A stretch of 64,000 nucleotides of DNA from a virus. Where the stretch lies: IMG/VR virus record IMGVR_UViG_3300028920_000037, positions 76,496-140,495 of that record; one strand, 5' to 3'. Both the position numbers and the translations under genes were made by a program. The notes below the pieces were generated by a model. It was not told the DNA's origin. It was given only the letters and a program-made list of their open reading frames with translations, and did no database searches. Of this stretch, positions 28,986-37,643 are shown piece after piece (the stretch's first letter is position 1; every line of letters starts with the position of its first letter).

Positions 28986-29945
28986 ATGTCAAAACGTGTC
29001 TTGATCACAGGTGGCGCGGGCTTCATCGGTAGCAACCTAGCCCGTCGCTGTGTTGATGAAGGATATAAGGTTGTCGTAGTCGATAACCTTTCAAATGGCC
29101 ATAGGGAGTTCCTGCCCTATGGTCTCGATGAGTTTTGGGAGGACGACTTCTCGGCGGAGTGGGTCCTTGGCGTCGTCTCATCGGGGGTGTTTGATACCAT
29201 TTTCCACGTCGCGGCTGTACCGCGTGTCAGCTACTCGGTCGAACACCCGATTGAGACGAACGAGACGAACGTATCGAAGACACTCGCTTTGATAGACGCT
29301 GCAAAAGAGAAGACGCGAAGGTTCATCTTTTCGTCCTCGTCAAGCGTCTACGGCGGAGCAGACGTGCTGCCGACGCCAGAGACCGAACCGTTCAACGCAA
29401 AATCACCTTACGCGTTGCAGAAGGTCATCATTGAGCAGTACCTGAAACTGTATCACGACATCTACGGGCTCGATAGCTGCAGCCTGCGCTACTTCAACGT
29501 CTTCGGACCGAACCAGCTAGGAGATTCTCCTTACGCGACTGCTGTAAGCGCGTGGTTGACGGCGATCTTCAAGGGAGGTGAATGCCGAAGTGATGGCAAC
29601 GGTGGGCAGTCAAGGGATATGTGCTATGTTGACAACGTTGTTGAAGCAAACATGCTTGCGATGAAGAAGTCAAGCTACCTCGGTGCAGAATCATACAACG
29701 TTGCGTGTGGCGACAGTACGACGAATAACGAGATCCTTGAACACCTCAAGGAACGCTTCGGTAACAAGGTCAAGGTCAAGAACGCACCGTGGCGACCCGG
29801 CGATGTCATGCACACCCAGGCTGACATCACAAAGATCCACAACGACCTTGGATACGATGTGAAGGTTAGGTTTTGGGACGGCCTCGACAGGACAATCGCG
29901 TGGTTCGAGGGTTCGAAGCTTGCAAAGCTTAACGGGAAGGTGTAG
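28986..29945 (+). CDS. NAD-dependent nucleotide-sugar 4-epimerase (GalE/WbpP-like)
   Basis: GGAGFIGS, SSSSVYG, SPYALQK, LRYFNVFGP, QSRD..YV.NV, RPGDV. Confidence 0.92.
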   Translation: MSKRVLITGGAGFIGSNLARRCVDEGYKVVVVDNLSNGHREFLPYGLDEFWEDDFSAEWVLGVVSSGVFDTIFHVAAVPRVSYSVEHPIETNETNVSKTLALIDAAKEKTRRFIFSSSSSVYGGADVLPTPETEPFNAKSPYALQKVIIEQYLKLYHDIYGLDSCSLRYFNVFGPNQLGDSPYATAVSAWLTAIFKGGECRSDGNGGQSRDMCYVDNVVEANMLAMKKSSYLGAESYNVACGDSTTNNEILEHLKERFGNKVKVKNAPWRPGDVMHTQADITKIHNDLGYDVKVRFWDGLDRTIAWFEGSKLAKLNGKV

Positions 29946-29954
29946 GTTGTAAGC

Positions 29955-30194
29955 ATGTCCGCTGAGCTGCTCTCCATGCTCGATGGCAAGAGAGGTACGT
30001 CTGTTTTGCTGTCAATGAACGTACACGGATACGCGTTCCTGACGCTCATGGAACCGATTGGACTCGATATGTCTCCGGGAGGAAGCATTTCGTATACGTT
30101 CGCTCCAGATGAGGACGGCCTGAGAAACGCTCGATCGTTTGTTGAATCGCTACAACAGTGGATCGAGCACATCGAGTTAACGGAAAAGAAATGA
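29955..30194 (+). CDS. Hypothetical protein
   Basis: TAGGTT then 6 nt to ATG. Confidence 0.5.
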   Translation: MSAELLSMLDGKRGTSVLLSMNVHGYAFLTLMEPIGLDMSPGGSISYTFAPDEDGLRNARSFVESLQQWIEHIELTEKK

Positions 30195-30400
30195 GCACAT
30201 ACGTGACAAGTGATGCGTGGCATCGTCTCTGCTGTGAGTTAGACCTTCGAAAAGCTGTCTTTGAAACGCTTGCAAACATTGGCAGCGAAATGAATTTTCA
30301 GCTTCCACCAGAAGAGTTACTAAAACTTGTGATGAAACGTTCGAAGGGAACATTGGATCCTGCGGTCGCAAAGACGTACATTGAAGGGCTTTACAAATGA
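30191..30400 (+). CDS. Hypothetical protein
   Basis: ATGA coupling on both sides. Confidence 0.5.
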   Translation: MSTYVTSDAWHRLCCELDLRKAVFETLANIGSEMNFQLPPEELLKLVMKRSKGTLDPAVAKTYIEGLYK

Positions 30401-31428
30401 CGTTGCACATATATGAAAACTTCACCGATGCATACCGTGGCCTTCTTGAGGACGTCTATTCTTCTCCTGAATTTGTTTGCGCGCCGCGCGCGCAAAAGAT
30501 AAAGGAAAAGCTCGGTGTTCGATTCGTGATTACGAATCCACTCGCCAGGCTTCCATTCATCAGACCCCGCGACTTTGCAGTCAACTACATTGTCGCTGAA
30601 GGTATCTGGTACTTCGCCGGTATTGAGCTCACAGAGTGGATCTCGTACTACAGCAAGTTCTGGGAAAAGATCAGCGATGACGGTAGGAACGCGAATTCTG
30701 CGTACGGCGCGAGGATATTCAAACCTCACAAACGAGCGGGAAAAGATCCAACAAACCAGCTTGATAGCTGGACACAGTGGGACTGGTGCATTAAGGAGCT
30801 GGTGAACGATAACGACTCGCGTAGGGCGGTCGTGCACATCAGGAACCCTCTCGATTCTCGGTACGCTGTGAAGGATGTTCCTTGTACCCTCACGTTGCAG
30901 TTTTTCCTGAGGGACGACAAGGTCCACCTCTGTGTGGCGATGCGATCGTCTGACCTTTGGTTGGGCATCGCAAATGACGTTCCGGCGTTCACGCTCTTTC
31001 AAGAGCTAATGGCGATCGACCTTGAAAAAAGGCTTCGTCGTCCAATCGACGTCGGCACGTACACCCACATCAGCAACTCACTGCACATCTACGAACGTAA
31101 CTTCAAGAAAGTTGAAGAGGTGATCGAGGAACCAGAATCCGAGCGCTCTGGGTCGATATCTATGCCCAAGATGCCGTCAGCCCCGCCGCTTGAAATGCTT
31201 CTCATAGCAGAACAGGACATTCGAGGTGCTACGTCTACCGAAGAGGTTGGACGTCATGTCGCTGTCTTCTCTGATCTGGCAGCGTTGCATGGGACCATCG
31301 AACGCTACTGGGTCGATTGGATCAAGGTGCTTGCAAGTCATCGCTGCGGCAAGCTCGACGACAAAGATGCTCAGAGGCGTTTTCTTGATGAAACATCATG
31401 GGAAGGCTACCACTTCTTCGACAGGTGA
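30397..31428 (+). CDS. Thymidylate synthase superfamily, dCMP hydroxymethylase-like
   Basis: NSAYG.RI, DSRRAV, KDVPCT (catalytic Cys), MRSSDLWLGIAND, SLHIYE; Asp at the specificity position. Confidence 0.85.
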   Translation: MTLHIYENFTDAYRGLLEDVYSSPEFVCAPRAQKIKEKLGVRFVITNPLARLPFIRPRDFAVNYIVAEGIWYFAGIELTEWISYYSKFWEKISDDGRNANSAYGARIFKPHKRAGKDPTNQLDSWTQWDWCIKELVNDNDSRRAVVHIRNPLDSRYAVKDVPCTLTLQFFLRDDKVHLCVAMRSSDLWLGIANDVPAFTLFQELMAIDLEKRLRRPIDVGTYTHISNSLHIYERNFKKVEEVIEEPESERSGSISMPKMPSAPPLEMLLIAEQDIRGATSTEEVGRHVAVFSDLAALHGTIERYWVDWIKVLASHRCGKLDDKDAQRRFLDETSWEGYHFFDR

Positions 31429-31431
31429 CAC

Positions 31432-32013
31432 ATGACATGCATCATTGGGCTTGAGTGCGACGGCGAGGTCTACGTTGGAACCGACAGTGCGTTGAGTGAC
31501 ACATGGACGATCTCGTCACTTGCGGCTCGTGAGAAGGTTTTCGTCAAGCACGACATGATCTTCGGAGTCTGTGGCTCGATGAGGTTGGCGCAGCTGCTAC
31601 ACCACGCCTTGGAGGTTCCAGAGCACGAGGAAGAAAAGGATGTCATGTCATACCTTGTTGTTGACTTTGTCGACTCTCTGAGGGAGATGCTCAAGGACAA
31701 GGGAACTCTGTACACGTCGGATGATGAAGGCAAAGTTGAGTACCTGCCGAACTCAGCGTTCATCCTTGGATACGGTGGCAAGGTCTATGTCGTTGATGAG
31801 GACATGCAGGTGTCTCGTTCGGTCGGTGGGTTCATGTGCGAAGGCTCGGGCAAGGAGGTCGCAACCGGAGCGATGCAGGTCCTAAAGGACAGGCACGACC
31901 TCACGCCCGAGGATAAGATCAGAAAGGCGCTCGAGGCGAGTGCCCTTCACACGTGCTATGTCCAAGGACCCTTCCATGTCATGAAACTGTCGGACGATGA
32001 CGATGACGACTGA
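31432..32013 (+). CDS. Ntn-hydrolase (HslV/proteasome beta-like) peptidase
   Basis: N-terminal Thr (MTCIIG), GTDS, KVF, EGSG.EVA.GA. Confidence 0.8.
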   Translation: MTCIIGLECDGEVYVGTDSALSDTWTISSLAAREKVFVKHDMIFGVCGSMRLAQLLHHALEVPEHEEEKDVMSYLVVDFVDSLREMLKDKGTLYTSDDEGKVEYLPNSAFILGYGGKVYVVDEDMQVSRSVGGFMCEGSGKEVATGAMQVLKDRHDLTPEDKIRKALEASALHTCYVQGPFHVMKLSDDDDDD

Positions 32014-32281
32014 TATTTGTGGCGTTTGTGGAGCCTTGCTGTTACGAAACAGTGGCTACAGTCTACCTTCGGACGAGATGTGTAGGGCGTCAGGGAAAAG
32101 GGGCGGTGAGCTGAAGATCTGCGCTGACGGATCGATCAAGATCTGGCACTATGGGCTACGTAAGTGGGTCGAGACCGAACCTTGCGGCACGTACGGATGC
32201 GCAAGGTTGAAGGTAAACGACCTTCTGTCGGTCGTGCATCAAAGAATACCTGGAAGATCCAGATGCATTCAAGTGAGATGA
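31997..32281 (+). CDS. Hypothetical Cys-rich protein
   Basis: Fills the gap. Confidence 0.4.
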   Translation: MTMTTDICGVCGALLLRNSGYSLPSDEMCRASGKRGGELKICADGSIKIWHYGLRKWVETEPCGTYGCARLKVNDLLSVVHQRIPGRSRCIQVR

Positions 32282-32282
32282 G

Positions 32283-32852
32283 ATGAATCCTGAGTTCATA
32301 ATTTATTGTGGCCCAATGTTTTCGACGAAGACCACTTCAATGTTCTTACGTCTAGAACGCTTTGAGCTCCAACATAGAGCCACACGGCTCTTCAAACCGA
32401 TCGGCGATGAACGGTATAGCACCGACGAGGTCGTTACGCACTCTGGCTGGAAACGTCCGGCAACAAGGGTCTCTAAGGGCCTTGACATCCTGAAGCAGAT
32501 CGAAGAGGACCCGCCGAGCATTGTTGCAGTCGATGAGGCGTTTATGATACAGGACGTCTACAAGGTCCTCCCGTGGTTGTTCAAGAACGGTGTGACGATT
32601 GTCGTCGCTAGTCTTGATCTTGCGTTCAACGGAAAGTCGTTCAAGGAGGTCGAAAAGATGCTGCCGTGGGCGACAGAGGTACACAAGTGTCCTGCGGTAT
32701 GTACTGTCTGTGGCGCAAATGCGTTTTATACGCATAGAAAGACGTCTGACGATGAAGACATCATCGTAGGGGGCGCTGAGATGTACGAACCTAGATGTTT
32801 TTCTCATCACCCTGTTATAAATGAGGGATTTGGAAATGTTTCTTCGCGTTGA
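32283..32852 (+). CDS. tdk: Thymidine kinase
   Basis: GPMFSTKTT, VDEAF, SLDL.F, CTVCG, GGAEMYEPRC. Confidence 0.93.
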   Translation: MNPEFIIYCGPMFSTKTTSMFLRLERFELQHRATRLFKPIGDERYSTDEVVTHSGWKRPATRVSKGLDILKQIEEDPPSIVAVDEAFMIQDVYKVLPWLFKNGVTIVVASLDLAFNGKSFKEVEKMLPWATEVHKCPAVCTVCGANAFYTHRKTSDDEDIIVGGAEMYEPRCFSHHPVINEGFGNVSSR

Positions 32853-34074
32853 AAAGAATGGTCGCAAAAAGAAGCATATTATCAAATGCGATAACTGTGG
32901 TATCGAAGTTGAACGTTACGCCGCACATGCAAAAGGCAATGTTCACTTTTGCTCTAGAAGATGTAGCAATGCGGCAAAACGAGCGTCGATTCTCGTAACA
33001 AAAGCGTGTGAAACTTGCGGAAAAGAATTTATAAGGATCCCATCACTTTCTGGTCGCTATTGTTCCAAATCATGCGCAATAAAGTCACGATACGTCAACA
33101 AGTCAACTTGGACAAAGGTTGCTTGTGACACGTGTGGGAAAACAATCGAAAAACGTAAGATCCACGTTGGCCAACGTTCATACTGTTCACGAGAGTGTTT
33201 GAGTATTGGGCATGCTAAGACTCACTCTTCACATAACGTTCGATGTAACAAGGCAAAGGGTATAAAACGTGGAATCTATTTAACACTTGATGGTCGTTCG
33301 ATCAAGTATGATTCTTCGTATGAACTTCGTCGTATGCGAGAATACGACTACATCATCGATGATGAACTTGAATCATGGGAACGATGTGATCTAATCGTAC
33401 CTTACATCGATGTGAACGGCAAAAAGAGAAGTTATAATCCAGATTTTTTGCTTCGATACACTGATGGTTCTGTTGTTATCGAAGAAGTTAAGGGGCGTTT
33501 AACAGACAATGATGTTTTGAAATTCAACGCGTTGATTTCGTATTGTGCACATCAAGGAGATAACGTACAGGCTAGGATGTTTTCAAATCCAGATTTTGAT
33601 GATATTGAGGTCAAAACAAGCGTGTACAAAAACGATTACGGTGTGTTTTCTAGGCCGACATTAGAGTACATCTTTATAAAGATGGCGCTTCTTCTCGCAG
33701 AACGTTCAACATGCCTTCGAAAGAAGGTAGGTGTTGTGTTTACAGATTCAGAGATGCGTCATGCGTACTGCGTTGGTTATAACGGAGATGAAAAGGGTGG
33801 CAAAAATCAATGTGAATCCCTTGATCCCGGGAAGTGTAACTGCATACACGCAGAAATTAACGCATTGACGAAGAATAATATTGACATTACAGGATGTACG
33901 TGTTTTGTCACCCTGGCACCATGTCCGGTTTGTGCTAAGGTTTTGATTAATCGTGGCGTCAAAAAAGTGATTTATCACGAAGCATATAGAAATTCGAGAG
34001 GATTACAACTGCTTCATCAGCGTGGTGTTGAAGTCGTAAAGTATGCTTCTTTAGAAACAACGTCTGGTTCCTAG
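32836..34074 (+). CDS. Fusion: Zn-finger repeats + TnsA-like PD-(D/E)xK endonuclease + dCMP deaminase
   Basis: Three CxxCG..(F/Y)CSxxC repeats; DSSYE..Y..YNPDF..EEVKG; RPT..RSTC..VG..GYNG..HAE.NA..PCPVC. Confidence 0.88.
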   Translation: MFLRVEKNGRKKKHIIKCDNCGIEVERYAAHAKGNVHFCSRRCSNAAKRASILVTKACETCGKEFIRIPSLSGRYCSKSCAIKSRYVNKSTWTKVACDTCGKTIEKRKIHVGQRSYCSRECLSIGHAKTHSSHNVRCNKAKGIKRGIYLTLDGRSIKYDSSYELRRMREYDYIIDDELESWERCDLIVPYIDVNGKKRSYNPDFLLRYTDGSVVIEEVKGRLTDNDVLKFNALISYCAHQGDNVQARMFSNPDFDDIEVKTSVYKNDYGVFSRPTLEYIFIKMALLLAERSTCLRKKVGVVFTDSEMRHAYCVGYNGDEKGGKNQCESLDPGKCNCIHAEINALTKNNIDITGCTCFVTLAPCPVCAKVLINRGVKKVIYHEAYRNSRGLQLLHQRGVEVVKYASLETTSGS

Positions 34075-34089
34075 TAGGTAAGTACTTCT

Positions 34090-34410
34090 ATGCAACTAGA
34101 TGAGGGTGTTGTCATCAGGATCATCCGCGAGGAGTATTCTCAACAGGTCGCTGAGGCGCTGAACGCTATCAAGTCTGTTTCCGGTGAGGACAAGAACGTC
34201 CTTGACGCGGGCCTGAAGCTCAAGCTAAAGAAGAACGATACAGAACGGAAGCTTCCGAAGGGCACGCTGTATACCATCAAGTCGGTCGGAAACGACGGGG
34301 TCGTTGTCATTCGTATTAAGTCTGACGAGGAACCCGAGGTCGACTCATACGAGGCAAAGGAACGAGTAGTTTCATACGAAGACCTCGAACGTGACTTTGA
34401 ACTCGACTGA
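34090..34410 (+). CDS. Hypothetical protein with leader 'IRIIREE'
   Basis: ORF with shared leader. Confidence 0.65.
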   Translation: MQLDEGVVIRIIREEYSQQVAEALNAIKSVSGEDKNVLDAGLKLKLKKNDTERKLPKGTLYTIKSVGNDGVVVIRIKSDEEPEVDSYEAKERVVSYEDLERDFELD

Positions 34411-34431
34411 CGCGCTATTTAAGGTGAGGAC

Positions 34432-35157
34432 ATGGGCAAGAAAAAAAACGATGAACGTCCTGTCGTGAGCATCAGTGACAACAAACTGAGGCAGTTCGTT
34501 AAGGACGCGGTATCCAAGCACGGAAACCTGAGTCCATTGGAGGAAGCGTACGTCTCTGAACCAAAGCCATTCAAGCAGGTTACAGACATGGTTTCTCAAC
34601 GAACCAAGGACGGGCACCAGGAACTCTATAAGGGGTACGTTGACGCGTTGAACAGGACAGTCGCCGAGCTTGAGGCGATCGAAACGACCGGTGCAAACGC
34701 GATGCATTCCGAATATAGGTCCGCTCGCCTTGATGAAACGTATAACCTGAACGCAAAGTGGCTGCATGAACTTTACTTTGCGAACTGCTTTGACCCGAAT
34801 AGCAACGTCTATATGGACTCTCAGGCGTTTATCAGGTTATCGCGCGACTTCGGAAACTTCGAACGTTGGCAGAAGGATTTCATCGCGTGTGCTCTAAGCG
34901 CCGGCGAAGGCTGGGCAGTCTGCGGCTACAACATGCACTTGAGGCGTTACACCAACACGTTCATCAGCCACCATTCTGGTGATGTGATGCTTGGGATGTT
35001 CCCGATCGTCGTCCTCGACATGTGGTCGCATGCGTATCATAAGGACTACGTCATCGACAGGCAGAGCTACATTGTTGCAATGATGCGAGAGCTGAATTGG
35101 AATGTCATTGAGGACAGGATCGGTGTGGCCGAAAAGATCGCAGGAGTATTGAAGTGA
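34432..35157 (+). CDS. sod: Fe/Mn superoxide dismutase-like protein with N-terminal extension
   Basis: H..LY.GYV, LHELYF, DFG.FE.W, GWAV, LDMWSHAY..DY; TATTTA 34416-34421. Confidence 0.85.
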   Translation: MGKKKNDERPVVSISDNKLRQFVKDAVSKHGNLSPLEEAYVSEPKPFKQVTDMVSQRTKDGHQELYKGYVDALNRTVAELEAIETTGANAMHSEYRSARLDETYNLNAKWLHELYFANCFDPNSNVYMDSQAFIRLSRDFGNFERWQKDFIACALSAGEGWAVCGYNMHLRRYTNTFISHHSGDVMLGMFPIVVLDMWSHAYHKDYVIDRQSYIVAMMRELNWNVIEDRIGVAEKIAGVLK

Positions 35158-35795
35158 AGACACTGAGCTTTGTAAAGCAGTACCTCAAGGACATGGTCCT
35201 CAAGGACATGGTCCTCAAAGAAGCTGATGAGGGTGACGATGCCGTAACAGCTCCTGAACCTCCATCGACTGTTGAAGGCAACGATTCTCTCGATGTCCAG
35301 GTCGATGGTTACCTTTCAGGGTACGAACAGGAAGCAGCTGAGATGGCTGCTACGGCCGAGGACCCCGGATCGCAGCTTGAGCACGTCGATTTCAGGCAAA
35401 TGACGCGTGAGTTCCTGTTTGAGGCACCTGAGGACGAACAACCCGACGCCGCCGAACAGCAGGACGAAGAAGAACCAACGGGTGATGAGGAAGGCGACAC
35501 CCATGTCGCTCCACCCGAGCCTCAAAAAAAGACACTCGGTGAAATCGACGTGCGAACATACGCTGAAAGCGTCTCACGGCTCATTGAGAACATCAACAGC
35601 TTGATCGAGGTCAGGAATACTGTTCTGCGCCGAGCGATCAATCACCTCGGAAAGACGTACGACGAATCTGTGCAGGGGCAGCTTGAGATCGTACTTGAAG
35701 AGGAATTTGGACTTGCAGTAGGCAAGTCACAGAAGGACCTCGAGGACGAAATTCAAGCCCCTCCAGCGGCGAACGCAGGCCCGTTGGGAGGGTGA
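35154..35795 (+). CDS. Acidic hypothetical protein (head-internal/scaffold-like)
   Basis: E/D/P-rich; LKEA and LFEA sites. Confidence 0.65.
   Translation: MKTLSFVKQYLKDMVLKDMVLKEADEGDDAVTAPEPPSTVEGNDSLDVQVDGYLSGYEQEAAEMAATAEDPGSQLEHVDFRQMTREFLFEAPEDEQPDAAEQQDEEEPTGDEEGDTHVAPPEPQKKTLGEIDVRTYAESVSRLIENINSLIEVRNTVLRRAINHLGKTYDESVQGQLEIVLEEEFGLAVGKSQKDLEDEIQAPPAANAGPLGG
35183..35218. repeat. 15-bp in-frame tandem repeat
   Basis: cctcaaggacatggt x2 plus cctcaa (LKDMV LKDMV LK). Confidence 0.9.
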
Positions 35796-35799
35796 CAAA

Positions 35800-36108
35800 T
35801 TGCGAACCGATCTTTTTCAAGATCGAAAGTGCGTGCATGTAAAGCTCGAGAAGGAAACACACGCAGCGTTTCGTACGAGGTTGTTCACACATAACCTGAG
35901 CATGCAGGAAGTGTTTGACGCCTTTGCAAAGCTTGTTGTCGGTGGGGACAGCAGGGCGACAAGGATAATCGAAGACATCGTCGTCAAGAAGGTCGAAGCG
36001 CAGGTCAACGGAAAGATCAAGAGGCGACGTAAAAAGAACCATGTCTCTGAAAATGACAGGGACGTGCTGTATAACATGATAGAAGGGCAGGGACAATGCC
36101 AGGTTTGA
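35800..36108 (+). CDS. Possible ribbon-helix-helix DNA-binding protein
   Basis: 'VHVKLEKETHAAFR...LSMQEVF'. Confidence 0.5.
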   Translation: MRTDLFQDRKCVHVKLEKETHAAFRTRLFTHNLSMQEVFDAFAKLVVGGDSRATRIIEDIVVKKVEAQVNGKIKRRRKKNHVSENDRDVLYNMIEGQGQCQV

Positions 36109-36410
36109 TGGACAGGGCGAAATCGCTGGTTGAAGGAGCACGAAATAGAGTCGAGGTTGCTACCTTTCATGTGCTGAGGCACGTTCCAGGGTTTCGCGCC
36201 ATCTACGTCGACATCATGCGTCTTGCATACGGCGTGCAGTCGACGACTCAAGCTATCCAACACAATCACGCAATGATGGTGCGCCTCTTCAAGGAGGTTG
36301 CCGAGGCTCGAGATATGACGCAGCTCGTCCTGCGCAAGCTAGACGATGTATCGACAGACACCTCATTGCCACAGCTCTCCTCTGACAAGGTCGAGGATAA
36401 ACCGAATTGA
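36096..36410 (+). CDS. Hypothetical protein
   Basis: Coupled ORF. Confidence 0.55.
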   Translation: MPGLMDRAKSLVEGARNRVEVATFHVLRHVPGFRAIYVDIMRLAYGVQSTTQAIQHNHAMMVRLFKEVAEARDMTQLVLRKLDDVSTDTSLPQLSSDKVEDKPN

Positions 36411-36814
36411 GGTGTCTTATGCTACTTTGGTGGAAGAAGTTTTGGGTTGACGCCAAGAAGTACTGGCAGTTGATTGCGCTTGGGTTGGGTCTCGTCGTCA
36501 CGATGCTTTTGCTACGCACTCAGCGTACGAACTTTGCTGATAGGCTTAAGGAGATCAACGACGCCCACAAGGACGAGGTCGACCGGATCAACACCATCCG
36601 TGACACCGAACGCAAAAGGTACGAAGAGAATAGGGTCGAGCTCGAAAAGAAGCTGACAAGCATCAAACGCCAGTACGAAAAGAGGATCGCCGAGCTCGAC
36701 GTGAAGACGCAGCAACGTGCTGAACAGATCCTCAAAGAAAACGAATCAGATCCAGACAGGCTTGCTGCAAAACTGTCGCAGGTACTTGGGTTCGAGATCG
36801 AAACAGGAGGTTGA
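36407..36814 (+). CDS. Putative inner-membrane spanin-like protein
   Basis: Single N-terminal TM followed by a long coiled coil. Confidence 0.55.
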   Translation: MRCLMLLWWKKFWVDAKKYWQLIALGLGLVVTMLLLRTQRTNFADRLKEINDAHKDEVDRINTIRDTERKRYEENRVELEKKLTSIKRQYEKRIAELDVKTQQRAEQILKENESDPDRLAAKLSQVLGFEIETGG

Positions 36815-36815
36815 A

Positions 36816-37289
36816 GTGAAGAAGTTTATCGCTGCTGTACTGATTGCGTTGACGTTGCTGTCACCTGCGACGGCATTCGCCGATCCACCCGTCCAACCAC
36901 CGGGAAAGATCGCCCCACTACATGAAACAGACCCCGCACCGTTCGACGGCGTGTTGTTTTCTGCAGAAGCTGTGGCGTGGGTCGCCGCACAGTCAGAATC
37001 ATTTGAGGAACGCGTTCAGATCGAACGTCAGGATGCGACCGCTCAGGCCACAGCACACTGCGACCGCAGGATCGCTGATGCTGATGCCAGATCTGAGGCG
37101 GACCGCGCAACGATGCAGGCGCAGCTGGACGCCCAACAGGCCCGACTCGAGACGATGGAACGGGCGCTTCGAGACGAAGAAAAGAAGCGCAAACCCGGTA
37201 CGATTGCGCTCTGGACATCACTTGGCACCGGCGGAGGTATCCTACTTACGCTGGGAACCATCTTTCTGGTAAACCAGGCGACCAAGTGA
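36816..37289 (+). CDS. Exported coiled-coil protein with C-terminal TM (spanin-partner-like)
   Basis: SD aggagg, signal peptide ..PATAFA, coiled coil, C-terminal hydrophobic helix. Confidence 0.6.
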   Translation: MKKFIAAVLIALTLLSPATAFADPPVQPPGKIAPLHETDPAPFDGVLFSAEAVAWVAAQSESFEERVQIERQDATAQATAHCDRRIADADARSEADRATMQAQLDAQQARLETMERALRDEEKKRKPGTIALWTSLGTGGGILLTLGTIFLVNQATK

Positions 37290-37322
37290 GCCAGTGCTGC
37301 CTATTTAGACCTGAGGCAGCAC

Positions 37323-37643
37323 ATGTCTGAAGAAACAAAAGAAGAGACGGCAGTCGTTCCTGCCGACGAAGTAAAAGTGCCAGACACCTGGTTCTGGATC
37401 CGTGACAGCAAGGGCTACGGCTCGGTTACAGTCACGTTCGTCACGATCGCGTTCTGGGTTACGACCCTCGCATACGTGGCGTCGATCTTTTCGAAGATCG
37501 GGCCCGTTGAGATCAGGCCTTTCGATGTCGCTGCGTGCAGCGCGTACTTCATCCCAATTTTGACCCTATACTTCGGTCGCAAGTTCACTGAAGCGAAGTG
37601 GGGACACGGTCCAGGGCCAGGGAGCACCAACAAGGCAGAGTGA
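37323..37643 (+). CDS. 2-TM holin-like membrane protein
   Basis: Two TM helices, LYFGRK; TATTTA at 37302-37307. Confidence 0.55.
   Translation: MSEETKEETAVVPADEVKVPDTWFWIRDSKGYGSVTVTFVTIAFWVTTLAYVASIFSKIGPVEIRPFDVAACSAYFIPILTLYFGRKFTEAKWGHGPGPGSTNKAE

Noticed and set aside
30397-31428. Plain thyA
   Set aside because: The specificity residue is Asp rather than Asn, so the symbol was withheld.
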